In this document: positions 1 to 11,600 of the stretch, one piece after another | Layout: every line of letters starts with the position of its first letter | Numbering within the stretch: the stretch's first letter is position 1 | Assembly: GCA_002189035.1 (NCBI GenBank) | Contig: NEEC01000122.1 | Location: 1 to 29,219 of the forward strand | DNA length: 29,219 nt | Direction: 5' to 3' | Source: Utricularia gibba | Taxonomy: Eukaryota > Plantae > Magnoliophyta | Position numbers and translations under genes: made by a program | The notes under the pieces: generated by a model | The model's input: only the letters and a program-made list of their open reading frames with translations | Told to the model about the DNA's origin: nothing | The model's database searches: none

Positions 1-344
1 GGCTCGGAACGAGCTTCGAAACGGTATGATATGTGCAACATGACTCATCACCGTTCGCAAGATATCCACTCGATACCGAAGAGTGCACGAGGCCACCATG
101 AGGTTGTGGCTAGGGACACACCCATGGCATCTTAAAGATCATCTCGAAATCCTAAATTTCACATCGTCCATGAAATACATATGTCTTGCATGTCAAAAAT
201 CACATTCGCATCGAGTCAGGTGTCCCGAGTCACATTTTCGCGAACGTGGTGGCCACTTCGTTGCACATCTGAAGGCTAATATAAGGCAATCTTTCGAGCA
301 TTTGTGCAGCCCGGGACGAACAAGTTCTCAACACGAAAGAAGAT
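1..344 (+). repeat. Representative monomer (first copy in the window; phase arbitrary)
   Basis: Runs from GGCTCGGAAC at 1 to just before the next GGCTCGGAAC at 345. Contains single EcoRV (GATATC), ApaLI (GTGCAC), NcoI (CCATGG), NdeI (CATATG), NruI (TCGCGA), MscI (TGGCCA) and BstBI (TTCGAA) sites. Confidence 0.97.
81..269. repeat. Intra-monomer imperfect inverted repeat (arms 81-119 and 220-269), present in every intact monomer
   Basis: Left arm GAGTGCACGAGGCCACCATGAGGTTGTGGCTAGGGACAC aligns to the reverse complement of 220-269, GATGTGCAACGAAGTGGCCACCACGTTCGCGAAAATGTGACTCGGGACAC. By hand, 33 of 39 left-arm bases match with 4 gaps. Ungapped cores are GGCCACCA (8/8) and TGTGGCTAGGGACAC vs TGTGACTCGGGACAC (13/15). 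Confidence 0.8.
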
Positions 345-2744
345 GGCTCGGAACGAGCTTCGAAACGGTATGATATGTGCAACATGACTCATCACCGTTC
401 GCAAGATATCCACTCGATACCGAAGAGTGCACGAGGCCACCATGAGTTGTGGCTAGGGACACACCATGGCATCTTAAATGATCATCTCGAAATCCTAAAT
501 TTCACATCGTCCATGAAATACATATGTCTTGCATGCCAAAAATCACATTCGCATCGAGTCAGGTGTTCCGAGTCACATTTCGCGAACGTGGTGGCCACTT
601 CGTTGCACATCTGAAGGCTAATATAAGGCAATCTTTCGAGCATTTGTGCAGCCCCGGACGAACAAGTTCTCAACACGAAAGAAGATTGGCTCGGAACGAG
701 CTTCGAAACGGTATGATATGTGCAACATGACTCATCACCGTTCGCAAGATATCCACTCGATACCGAAGAGTGCACGAGGCCACCATGAGGTTGTGGCTAG
801 GGACACACCTGGCATCTTAAATGATCATCTCGAAATCCGAAATTTCACATCGTCCCATGAAATACATATGTCTTTGCATGTCAAAAATCACATTCGCATC
901 GAGTCAGGTGTCCCGAGTCACATTTTCGCGAACGTGGTGGCCACTTCGTTGCACATCTGAAGGCTAATATAAGGCAATCTTTCGAGCATTTGTGCAGCCG
1001 GACGAACAAGTTCTCAACACGAAAGAAGATTGGCTCGGAACGAGCTTCGAAACGGTATGATATGTGCAACATGACTCATCACCGTTTGCAAGATATCCAC
1101 TCGATACCGAAGAGTGCACGAGGCCACCATGAGGTTGTGGCTAGGGACACACCCATGGCATCTTAAATGATCATCTCGAAATCCAAATTTCACATCGTCC
1201 ATGAAATACATATGTCTTGCATGTCAAAAATCACATTCGCATCGAGTCAGGTGTCCCGAGTCACATTTCGCGAATGTGGTGGCCACTTCGTTGCACATCT
1301 GAAGGCTAATATAAGGCAATCTTTCGAGCATTTGTGCAGCCGGACGAACAAGTTCTCAACGAAAGAAGATGGCTCGGAACGAGCTTCGAAACGGTATGAT
1401 ATGTGCAACATGACTCATCACCGTTTGCAAGATATCCACTCGATACCGAAGAGTGCACGAGGCCACCATGAGGTTGTGGCTAGGGACACACCCATGGCAT
1501 CTTAAATGATCATCTCGAAATCCGAAATTTCACATCGTCCATGAAATACATATGTCTTGCATGTCAAAAATCACATTCGCATCGAGTCAGGTGTCCGAGT
1601 CACATTTCGCGCGAACGTGGTGGCCACTTCGTTGCACATCTGAAGGCTAATATAAGGCAATCTTTCGAGCATTTGTGCAGCCCGGACGAACAAGTTCTCA
1701 ACACGAAAGAAGATTGGCTCGGAACGAGCTTCGAAACGGTATGATATGTGCAACATGACTCATCACCGTTCGCAAGATATCCACTCGATACCGAAGAGTG
1801 CACGAGGCCACCATGAGGTTGTGGCTAGGGACACACCCATGGCATCTTAAATGATCATCTCGAAATCAAATTTCACATCGTCCCATGAAATACATATGTC
1901 TTGCATGTCAAAAATCACATTCGCATCGAGTCAGGTGTCCCGAGTCACATTTTCGCGAACGTGGTGGCCACTTCGTTGCACATCTGAAGGCTAATATAAG
2001 GCAATCTTTCGAGCATTTGTGCAGCCGGACGAACAAGTTCTCAACACGAAGAAGAGGCTCGGAACGAGCTTCGAAACGGTATGATATGTGCAACATGACT
2101 CATCACCGTTCGCAAGATATCCACTCGATACCGAAGAGTGCACGAGGCCACCATGAAGTTGTGGCTAGGACACACCCATGGCATCTTAAATGATCATCTC
2201 GAAATCCTAATTTCACATCGTTTCATGAAATACATATGTCTTGCATGTCAAAAATCACATTCGCATCGAGTCAGGTGTCCCGAGTCACATTTTCGCGAAC
2301 GTGGTGGCCACTTCGTTGCACATCTGAAGCTAATATAAGGCAATCTTTCGAGCATTTGTGCCTCCCGGACGAACAAGTTCTCAACACGAAAGAAGAGGCT
2401 CGGAACGAGCTTCGAAACGGTATGATATGTGCAACATGACTCATCACCGTTTGCAAGATATCCACTCGATACCGAAGAGTGCACGAGGCCACCATGAGGT
2501 TGTGGCTAGGGACACACTGATGGCATCTTAAAGATCATCTCGAAATCCGAAATTTCACATCGTCACATGAAATACATATGTTATGCATTAAAAATCACAT
2601 TCGCATCGAGTCAGGTATCCCGAGTCACATTCTCGCGAACGTGGTGGCCACTTCGTTGCACATCCGAAGGCTAATATAAGGCAATCTTTCGAGCATTTGT
2701 GCAGCCCCGGACGAACAAGTTCTCAACACGAAAGAAGATTGGCT

Positions 2745-5700
2745 CGGAACGAGCTTCGAAACGGTATGATATGTGCAACATGACTCATCACCGTTCGCAA
2801 GATATCCACTCGATACCGAAGAGTGCACGAGGCCACCATGAGGTTGTGGCTAGGGACACACCCATGGCATCTTAAATGATCATCTCGAAATCCTAAATTT
2901 CACATCGTCCATGAAATACATATGTCTTGCATGTCAAAAATCACATTCGCATCGAGTCAGGTGTCCCGAGTCACATTTTCGCGAACGTGGTGGCCACTTC
3001 GTTGCACATCTGAAGGCTAATATAAGGCAATCTTCGAGCATTTGTGCCCTCGGACGAACAAGTTCTCAACACGAAAGAAGACCGGCTCGGAACGAGCTTC
3101 GAAACGGTATGATATGTGCAACATGACTCATCACCGTTTGCAAGATATCCACTCGATACCGAAGAGTGCACGAGGCCACCATGAGGTTGTGGCTAGGGAC
3201 ACACCCATGGCATCTTAAATGATCATCTCGAAATCCGAAATTTCACATCGTCCATGAAATACATATGTCTTGCATGTCAAAAATCACATTCGCATCGAGT
3301 CAGGTATCCCGAGTCACATTTCGCGAACGTGGTGGCCACTTCGTTGCACATCTGAAGGCTAATATAAGGCAATCTTTCGAGCATTTGCAGCCCCGGACGA
3401 ACAAGTTCTCAACACGAAAGAAGATTGGCTCGGAACGAGCTTCGAAACGGTATGATATGTGCAACATGACTCATCACCGTTCGCAAGATATCCACTCGAT
3501 ACCGAAGAGTGCACGAGGCCACCATGAGGTTGTGGCTAGGGACACACCCATGGCATCTTAAATGATCATCTCGAAATCCGAAATTTCACATCGTCCCATG
3601 AAATACATATGTCTTGCATGTCAAAAATCACATTCGCATCGAGTCAGGTGTCCCGAGTCACATTTTCGCGAACGTGGTGGCCACTTCGTTGCACATCTGA
3701 AGGCTAATATAAGGCAATCTTTCGAGCATTTGTGCAGCTCGGACGAACAAGTTCTCAACACGAAAGAAGATTGGCTCGGAACGAGCTTCGAAACGGTATG
3801 ATATGTGCAACATGACTCATCACCGTTCGCAAGATATCCACTCGATACCGAAGAGTGCACGAGGCCACCATGAGTTGTGGCTAGGACACACCCATGGCAT
3901 CTTAAATGATCATCTCGAAATCCTAAATTTCACATCGTCATGAAATACATATGTCTTGCATGTCAAAAATCACATTCGCAACGAGTCAGGTGTCCCGAGT
4001 CACATTTTCGCGCGAACGTGGTGGCCACTTCGTTGCACATCTGAAGGCTAATATAAGGCAATCTTTCGAGCATTTGTGCAGCCGGACGAACAAGTTCTCA
4101 ACACGAAAGAAGATGGCTCGGAACGAGCTTCGAAACGGTATGATATGTGCAACATGACTCATCACCGTTTGCAAGATATCCACTCGATACCGAAGAGTGC
4201 ACGAGGCCACCATGAAGTTGTGGCTAGGACACACCCATGGCATCTTAAATGATCATCTCGAAATCCTAAATTTCACATCGTTTCATGAAATACATATGTC
4301 TTGCATCAAAAATCACATTCGCAACGAGTCAGGTGTCCCGAGTCACATTTTCGCGAACGTGGTGGCCACTTCGTTGCACATCTGAAGGCTAATATAAGGC
4401 AATCTTTCGAGCATTTGTGCCTCCTCGGACGAACAAGTTCTCAACACGAAAGAAGACCGGCTCGGAACGAGCTTCGAAACGGTATGCTATGTGGTGAATC
4501 ACCGTTGCAAGATATCCACTCGATACCGAAGAGTGCACGAGGCCACCATGAGGTTGTGGCTAGGGACACACTGATGGCATCTTAAAGATCATCTCGAAAT
4601 CCGAAATTTCACATCGTCATGAAATACATATGTTTGCATGTCAAAAATCACATTCGCATCGAGTCAGGTATCCCGAGTCACATTCTCGCGAACGTGGTGG
4701 CCACTTCGTTGCACATCTGAAGGCTAATATAAGGCAATCTTTCGAGCATTTGTGCAGCCCGGACGAACAAGTTCTCAACACGAAAGAAGATTGGCTCGGA
4801 ACGAGCTTCGAAACGGTATGATATGTGCAACATGACTCATCACCGTTCGCAAGATATCCACTCGATACCGAAGAGTGCACGAGGCCACCATGAGTTGTGG
4901 CTAGGGACACACCCATGGCATCTTAAATGATCATCTCGAAATCCAAATTTCACATCGTCCATGAAATACATGTCTTGCATGTCAAAATCATTCGCATCGA
5001 GTCGGGTTTCCCGAGTCACATTTCGCGAACGTGGTGGCCACTTCGTTGCACATCTGAAGGCTAATATAAGGCAATCTTTCGAGCATTTGTGCAGCCCCGA
5101 CGAACAAGTTCTCAACACGAAAGAAGATTGGCTCGGAACGAGCTTCGAAACGGTATGATATGTGCAACATGACTCATCACCGTTCGCAAGATATCCACTC
5201 GATACCGAAGAGTGCACGAGGCCACCATGAGGTTGTGGCTAGGACACACCCATGGCATCTTAAATGATCATCTCGAAATCCGAAATTTCACATCGTCCAT
5301 GAAATACATATGTTTTCATGTCAAAAATCACATTCGCATCGAGTCAGGTGTCCCGAGTCACATTTTCGCGAACGTGGTGGCCACTTCGTTGCACATCTGA
5401 AGGCTAATATAAGGCAATCTTTCGAGCATTTGTGCAGCCCCGGACGAACAAGTTCTCAACACGAAAGAAGATTGGCTCGGAACGAGCTTCGAAACGGTAT
5501 GATATGTGCAACATGACTCATCACCGTTTGCAAGATATCCACTCGATACCGAAGAGTGCACGAGGCCACCATGAGGTTGTGGCTAGGGACACACATGGCA
5601 TCTTAAATGATCATCTCGAAATCCGAAATTTCACATCGTCCATGAAATACATATGTTTGCATGTCAAAAATCACATTCGCATCGAGTCAGGTGTCCCGAG

Positions 5701-8615
5701 TCACATTTTCGCGAACGTGGTGGCCACTTCGTTGCACATCTGAAGGCTAATATAAGGCAATCTTTCGAGCATTTGTGCCTCTCGGACGAACAAGTTCTCA
5801 ACACGAAAGAAGTGGCTCGAACGAGCTTCGAAACGGTATGATATGTGCAACATGACTCATCACCGTTCGCAAGATATCCACTCGATACCGAAGAGTGCAC
5901 GAGGCCACCATGAGGTTGTGGCTAGGGACACACCCATGGCATCTTAAATGATCATCTCGAAATCCGAAATTTCACATCGTCCATGAAATACATATGTTTG
6001 CATGTCAAAAATCACATTCGCATCGAGTCAGGTTCCCGAGTCACATTTCGCGAACGTGGTGGCCACTTCGTTGCACACTGAAGGCTAATATAAGGCAATC
6101 TTTCGAGCATTTGTGCAGCCCGGACGAACAAGTTCTCAACACGAAAGAAGATTGGCTCGGAACGAGCTTCGAAACGGTATGATATGTGCAACATGACTCA
6201 TCACCGTTTGCAAGATATCCACTCGATACCGAAGAGTGCACGAGGCCACCATGAGGTTGTGGCTAGGGACACACCATGGCATCTTAAATGATCATCTCGA
6301 AATCCGAAATTTCACATCGTCCATGAAATACATATGTCTTGCATGTCAAAAATCACATTCGCATCGAGTCAGGTGTCCCGAGTCACATTTTCGCGAACGT
6401 GGTGGCCACTTCGTTGCACATCGAAGGCTAATAAAGGCAATCTTTCGAGCATTTGTGCAGCCCGGACGAACAAGTTCTCAACACGAAAGAAGATTGGCTC
6501 GGAACGAGCTTCGAAACGGTATGATATGTGCAACATGACTCATCACCGTTCGCAAGATATCCACTCGATACCGAAGAGTGCACGAGGCCACCATGAGTTG
6601 TGGCTAGGACACACCCATGGCATCTTAAATGATCATCTCGAAATCCGAAATTTCACATCGTCCATGAAATACATATGTCTTGCATGTCAAAAATCATTCG
6701 CATCGAGTCATCCGAGTCACATTTCGCGAACGTGGTGGCCACTTCGTTGCACATCTGAAGGCTAATATAAGGCAATCTTTCGAGCATTTGTGCCCGGACG
6801 AACAAGTTCTCAACACGAAAGAGATGGCTCGGAACGAGCTTCGAAACGGTATGATATGTGCAACATGACTCATCACCGTTGCAAGATATCCACTCGATAC
6901 CGAAGAGTGCACGAGGCCACCATGAGTTGTGGCTAGGACACACCCATGGCATCTTAAATGATCATCTCGAAATCCTAAATTTCACATCGTCATGAAATAC
7001 ATATGTCTTGCATGTCAAAAATCACATTCGCATCGAGTCAGGTGTCCCGAGTCACATTTTCGCGAACGTGGTGGCCACTTCGTTGCACATCTGAAGGCTA
7101 ATATAAGGCAATCTTTCGAGCATTTGTGCCTCCTCGGACGAACAAGTTCTCAACACGAAAGAAGACCGGCTCGGAACGAGCTTCGAAACGGTATGATATG
7201 TGCAACATGACTCATCACCGTTTGCAAGATATCCACTCGATACCGAAGAGTGCACGAGGCCACCATGAGGTTGTGGCTAGGGACACACCATGGCATCTTA
7301 AATGATCATCTCGAAATCCGAAATTTCACATCGTCCATGAAATACATATGTTTGCATGTCAAAAATCACATTCGCATCGAGTCAGGTGTCCCGAGTCACA
7401 TTTCGCGAACGTGGTGGCCACTTCGTTGCACATGAAGGCTAATATAAGGCAATCTTTCGAGCATTTGTGCAGCCCGGACGAACAAGTTCTCAACACGAAA
7501 GAAGATTGGCTCGGAACGAGCTTCGAAACGGTATGATATGTGCAACATGACTCATCACCGTTCGCAAGATATCCACTCGATACCGAAGAGTGCACGAGGC
7601 CACCATGAGGTTGTGGCTAGGGACACACCCATGGCATCTTAAATGATCATCTCGAAATCCGAAATTTCACATCGTTATGAAATACATATGTCTTGCATGT
7701 CAAAAATCACATTCGCATCGAGTCAGGTGTCCCGAGTCACATTTTCGCGAATGTGGTGGCCACTTCGTTGCACATCTGAAGGCTAATATAAGGCAATCTT
7801 TCGAGCATTTGTGCAGCTCGGACGAACAAGTTCTCAACACGAAAGAAGACTGGCTCGGAACGAGCTTCGAAACGGTATGATATGTGCAACATGACTCATC
7901 ACCGTTTGCAAGATATCCACTCGATACCGAAGAGTGCACGAGGCCACCATGAGGTTGTGGCTAGGGACACACTGATGGCATCTTAAAGGATCATCTCGAA
8001 ATCCGAAATTTCACATCGTCCATGAAATACATATGTTTGCATTCAAAAATCACATTCGCATCGAGTCAGGTGTCCCGAGTCACATTTTCGCGAATGTGGT
8101 GGCCACTTCGTTGCACATCTGAAGGCTAATATAAGGCAATCTTTCGAGCATTTGTGCCTCGGACGAACAAGTTCTCAACACGTTGCACATCAACATGAAG
8201 GCTAATATAAGGCAATCTTTCGAGCATTTGTGCAGCCCCGGACGAACAAGTTCTCACACAAGGCGAAAGAACGATTGGCTCGGAACGAGCTTCGAAACGG
8301 TATGATATGTGCAACATGACTCATCACCGTTTGCAAGATATCCACTCGATACCGAAGAGTGCACGAGGCCACCATGAGGTTGTGGCTAGGGACACACCCA
8401 TGGCATCTTAAAGATCATCTCGAAATCCGAAATTTCACATCGTCCATGAAATACATATGTTTGCATGTCAAAAATCACATTCGCATCGAGTCAGGTGTCC
8501 GAGTCACATTTTCGCGAACGTGGTGGCCACTTCGTTGCACATCTGAAGGCTAATATAAGGCAATCTTTCGAGCATTTGTGCCTCCTCGGACGAACAAGTT
8601 CTCAACACGAAAGGA
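2745..8615 (+). repeat. Putative 4-monomer higher-order periodicity (A-A-A-B, ~1.36 kb)
   Basis: B-type sites (GTGCC...TCGGAC) fall at 3044, 4417, 5775, 7126 and 8578, i.e. monomers 9, 13, 17, 21 and 25. Four of the five also carry the linked GACCGGCTC junction. Confidence 0.6.
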
Positions 8616-11600
8616 CCGGCTCGGAACGAGCTTCGAAACGGTATGATATGTGCAACATGACTCATCACCGTTCGCAAGATATCCACTCGATACCGAAGAG
8701 TGCACGAGGCCACCATGAGGTTGTGGCTAGGGACACACCATGGCATCTTAAATGATCATCTCGAAATCCGAAATTTCACATCGTCACATGAAATACATAT
8801 GTGCATGTCAAAAATCACATTCGGAACGAGTCGAAGGCAACATTCATTTTGCAAGGATACCGAATGCACGAGGCCACCATTTGTGGCTAGGGACACACCA
8901 TGGCATCTTAAATGATCATCTCGAAATCCGAAATTTCACATCGTCCATGAAATACATATGTTTGCATGTCAAAAATCACATTCGCATCGAGTCAGGTGTC
9001 CCGAGTCACATTTTCGCGAACGTGGTGGCCACTTCGTTGCACATCTGAAGGCTAATATAAGGCAATCTTTCGAGCATTTGTGCCTCCTCGGACGAACAAG
9101 TTCTCAACACGAAAAGAAACGAGCTTCGAAACGGTATGATATGTGCAACATGACTCATCACCGTTGCAAGATATCCACTCGATACCGAAGAGTGCACGAG
9201 GCCACCATGAGTTGTGGCTAGGGACACACCATGGCATCTTAAATGATCATCTCGAAATCCACATCATGTCTTGCACTCACATTCGCACGAGTCAGTTTCC
9301 CGAGTCACATTTTCGCGAAACTTCGTTGCACATCTGATAATATAAGGCAATCTTTCGAGCATTTGTGCCTCCTCGGACGAACAAGTTCTCAACACGAAAG
9401 AAGACCGGCTCGGAACGAGCTTCGAAACGGTATGCTATGTGCAACATGACTCATCACCGTTTGCAAGGTACCGAAGAGTGCACGAGGCCACCATGAGGTT
9501 GTGGCTAGGGACACACCATGGCATCTTAAATGATCATCTCGAAATCCAAATTTCACATCGAAATACATACGTCTTGCATGTCACATTCGCATCGAGTCAG
9601 GTTCCCGAGTCACATTTTCGCGAACACATCTGAAGGCTAATATAAGGCAATCTTTCGAGCATTTGTGCCTCCTCGGACGAACAAGTTCTCAACACGAAAG
9701 GTCTGACGGCAGGATTTTCTTTCGATCGTGTGACATGTGCCGGACGACACAGTGACACATCTGAAGGCTAATATAAGGCAATCTTTCGAGCATTTGTGCC
9801 TCCTCGGACGAACAAGTTCTCAACACGAAAGAAGACCGGCTCGGAACGAGCTTCGAAACGGTATGATATGTGCAACATGACTCATCACCGTTTGCAAGAT
9901 ATCCACTCGATACCGAAGAGTGCTACGAGGCCACCATGAGGTTGTGGCTAGGGACACACCCATCTTAAATGATCATCTCGAAATCGAAATTTCACATTCG
10001 CATCATCGTCGAGGTGTCCCGAGTCACATTTTCGCGAACGTGGTGGCCACTTCGAGCACATCTGAAGGCTGAATATAAGGCAATCTTTCGAGCATTTGTG
10101 CCTCCGTCAACAAATAATATAAGGCAATCTTTCGAGCATTTGTGCACGAACAAGTTCTCAACACGACCGGCTCGGAACGAGCTTCGAAACGGTATGATAT
10201 GTGCAACATGACTCATCACCGTTTGCAAGATATCCACTCGATACCGAAGAGTGCACGAGGCCACCATGAGGTTGTGGCTAGGGACACACCATGGCATCTT
10301 AAATGATCATCGAAATGGTCCATGGATCACTCGTTCAGCAACATTTTCTCCACTTCGAGACTAATATAAGGCAATCTTTCGAGCATTTGTGCCTCCTCGG
10401 ACGAACAAGTTCTCAACACGAAAGAAGACAACGAGCTTCGAAACGGTATGATATGTGCAACATGACTCATCAAAGATATCCACTCGATACCGAAGAGTGC
10501 ACGAGGCCACCATGAGGTTGTGGCTAGGGACACACCCATCTTAAATGATCATCTCGAAATCCGAAATTTCACATCGTCCATGAAATACATATGATCATCT
10601 CGCATCGAATGTCCGAACATTTCAACACTTCGTTGCACATCTGAAGGCTAATATAAGGCAATCTTTCGAGCATTTGTGCCTCCTCGGACGAACAAGTTCT
10701 CATCGGAACGAGCTTCGAAACGGTATGCATGTGCAAAAATCACATTCGAGATGCGAGTCAGGTGGCATCCCGAGTCATGAAATACATATGATCGAGTCGG
10801 CAATCTTTCGAGCATGTTCTCAACACGGAAACGGTGATATCCACTCGATACCGAAGAGTGCACGAGGCCACCATGAGGTTGTGGCACTACATCTGAAGGC
10901 TACAATCTTTTCGAGCATTTGTGCCTCCTCGGACGAACAAGTTCTCAACACGAAAGAAGACGGCTCGGAACGAGCTTCGAAACGGTATGCTATGTGCAAC
11001 ATGACTCATCACTTTGCAAGATATCCACTCGATACCGAAGAGTGCACGAGGCCACCATGAGGTTGTGGCTAGGGACACACCATGGCATCTTAAATGATCA
11101 TCTCGAAATCCAAATTTCACATCGTCCATGAAATACATATGTTTGCATGTCAAAAATCACATTCGCATCGAGTCAGGTGTCCCGAGTCACATTTTCGCGA
11201 ACGTGGTGGCCACTTCGTTGCACATCTGAAGGCTAATATAAGGCAATCTTTCGAGCATTTGTGCCTCCTCGGACGAACAAGTTCTCAACACGAAAGAAGA
11301 CCGGCTCGGAACGAGCTTCGAAACGGTATGATATGTGCAACATGACTCATCACCGTTTGCAAGATATCCACTCGATACCGAAGAGTGCACGAGGCCACCA
11401 TGAGGTTGTGGCTAGGGACACACCATGGCATCTTAAATGATCATCTCGAAATCAAATTTCACATCGTCCATGAAATACATATGGCATGTCACACATTCGC
11501 ATCGAGTCATCCGAGTCACATAAACTTCGACATCTGAAGGCTAATATAAGGCAATCTTTCGAGCATTTGTGCCTCTCGGACGAACAAGTTCTCAACACGA

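Larger units (their letters stand above)
1..8570 (+). repeat. Sub-array dominated by subtype A monomers (GTGCAGCC(C)GGAC ... GA(T)TGGCTC)
   Basis: Most of the first 24 monomers read TTTGTGCAG at the diagnostic site and GATTGGCTC or GATGGCTC at the junction. Subtype B copies are interspersed. Confidence 0.85.

Noticed and set aside
109-116. CTAGGG resembling a plant telomere repeat
   Set aside because: It is a single partial match per monomer with no TTTAGGG tract anywhere in the window.
81-269. Annotating the inverted arms as a MITE or DNA transposon
   Set aside because: No target-site duplication or terminal motif of a known superfamily was recognised, and the arms are gapped. It is kept only as an origin hypothesis.
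277-290. TATA-like TAATATAAGG in each monomer
   Set aside because: A short AT-rich word with no downstream gene or other supporting promoter evidence.
1-344. Tandem 5S rRNA, tRNA, snRNA or spliced-leader gene array
   Set aside because: I could not recognise a 5S coding region, cloverleaf, A/B boxes in proper spacing, or an oligo-T Pol III terminator beyond an isolated TTTT.
1-8600. Scattered single-base indels (for example AAAGATC, GGAC for GGGAC, TTTCGCG for TTTTCGCG) as evolutionary markers
   Set aside because: Most fall in homopolymers or short runs, as typical long-read errors do. Conclusions rest mainly on substitutions and multi-base changes, with single-base indels used only as supporting markers.
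9701-9756. Apparent foreign insertion
   Set aside because: It retains GGCA, CTTTCGA, TGTGC and CGGACGA in consensus order, so it is a noisy extra copy of the neighbouring sub-segment.
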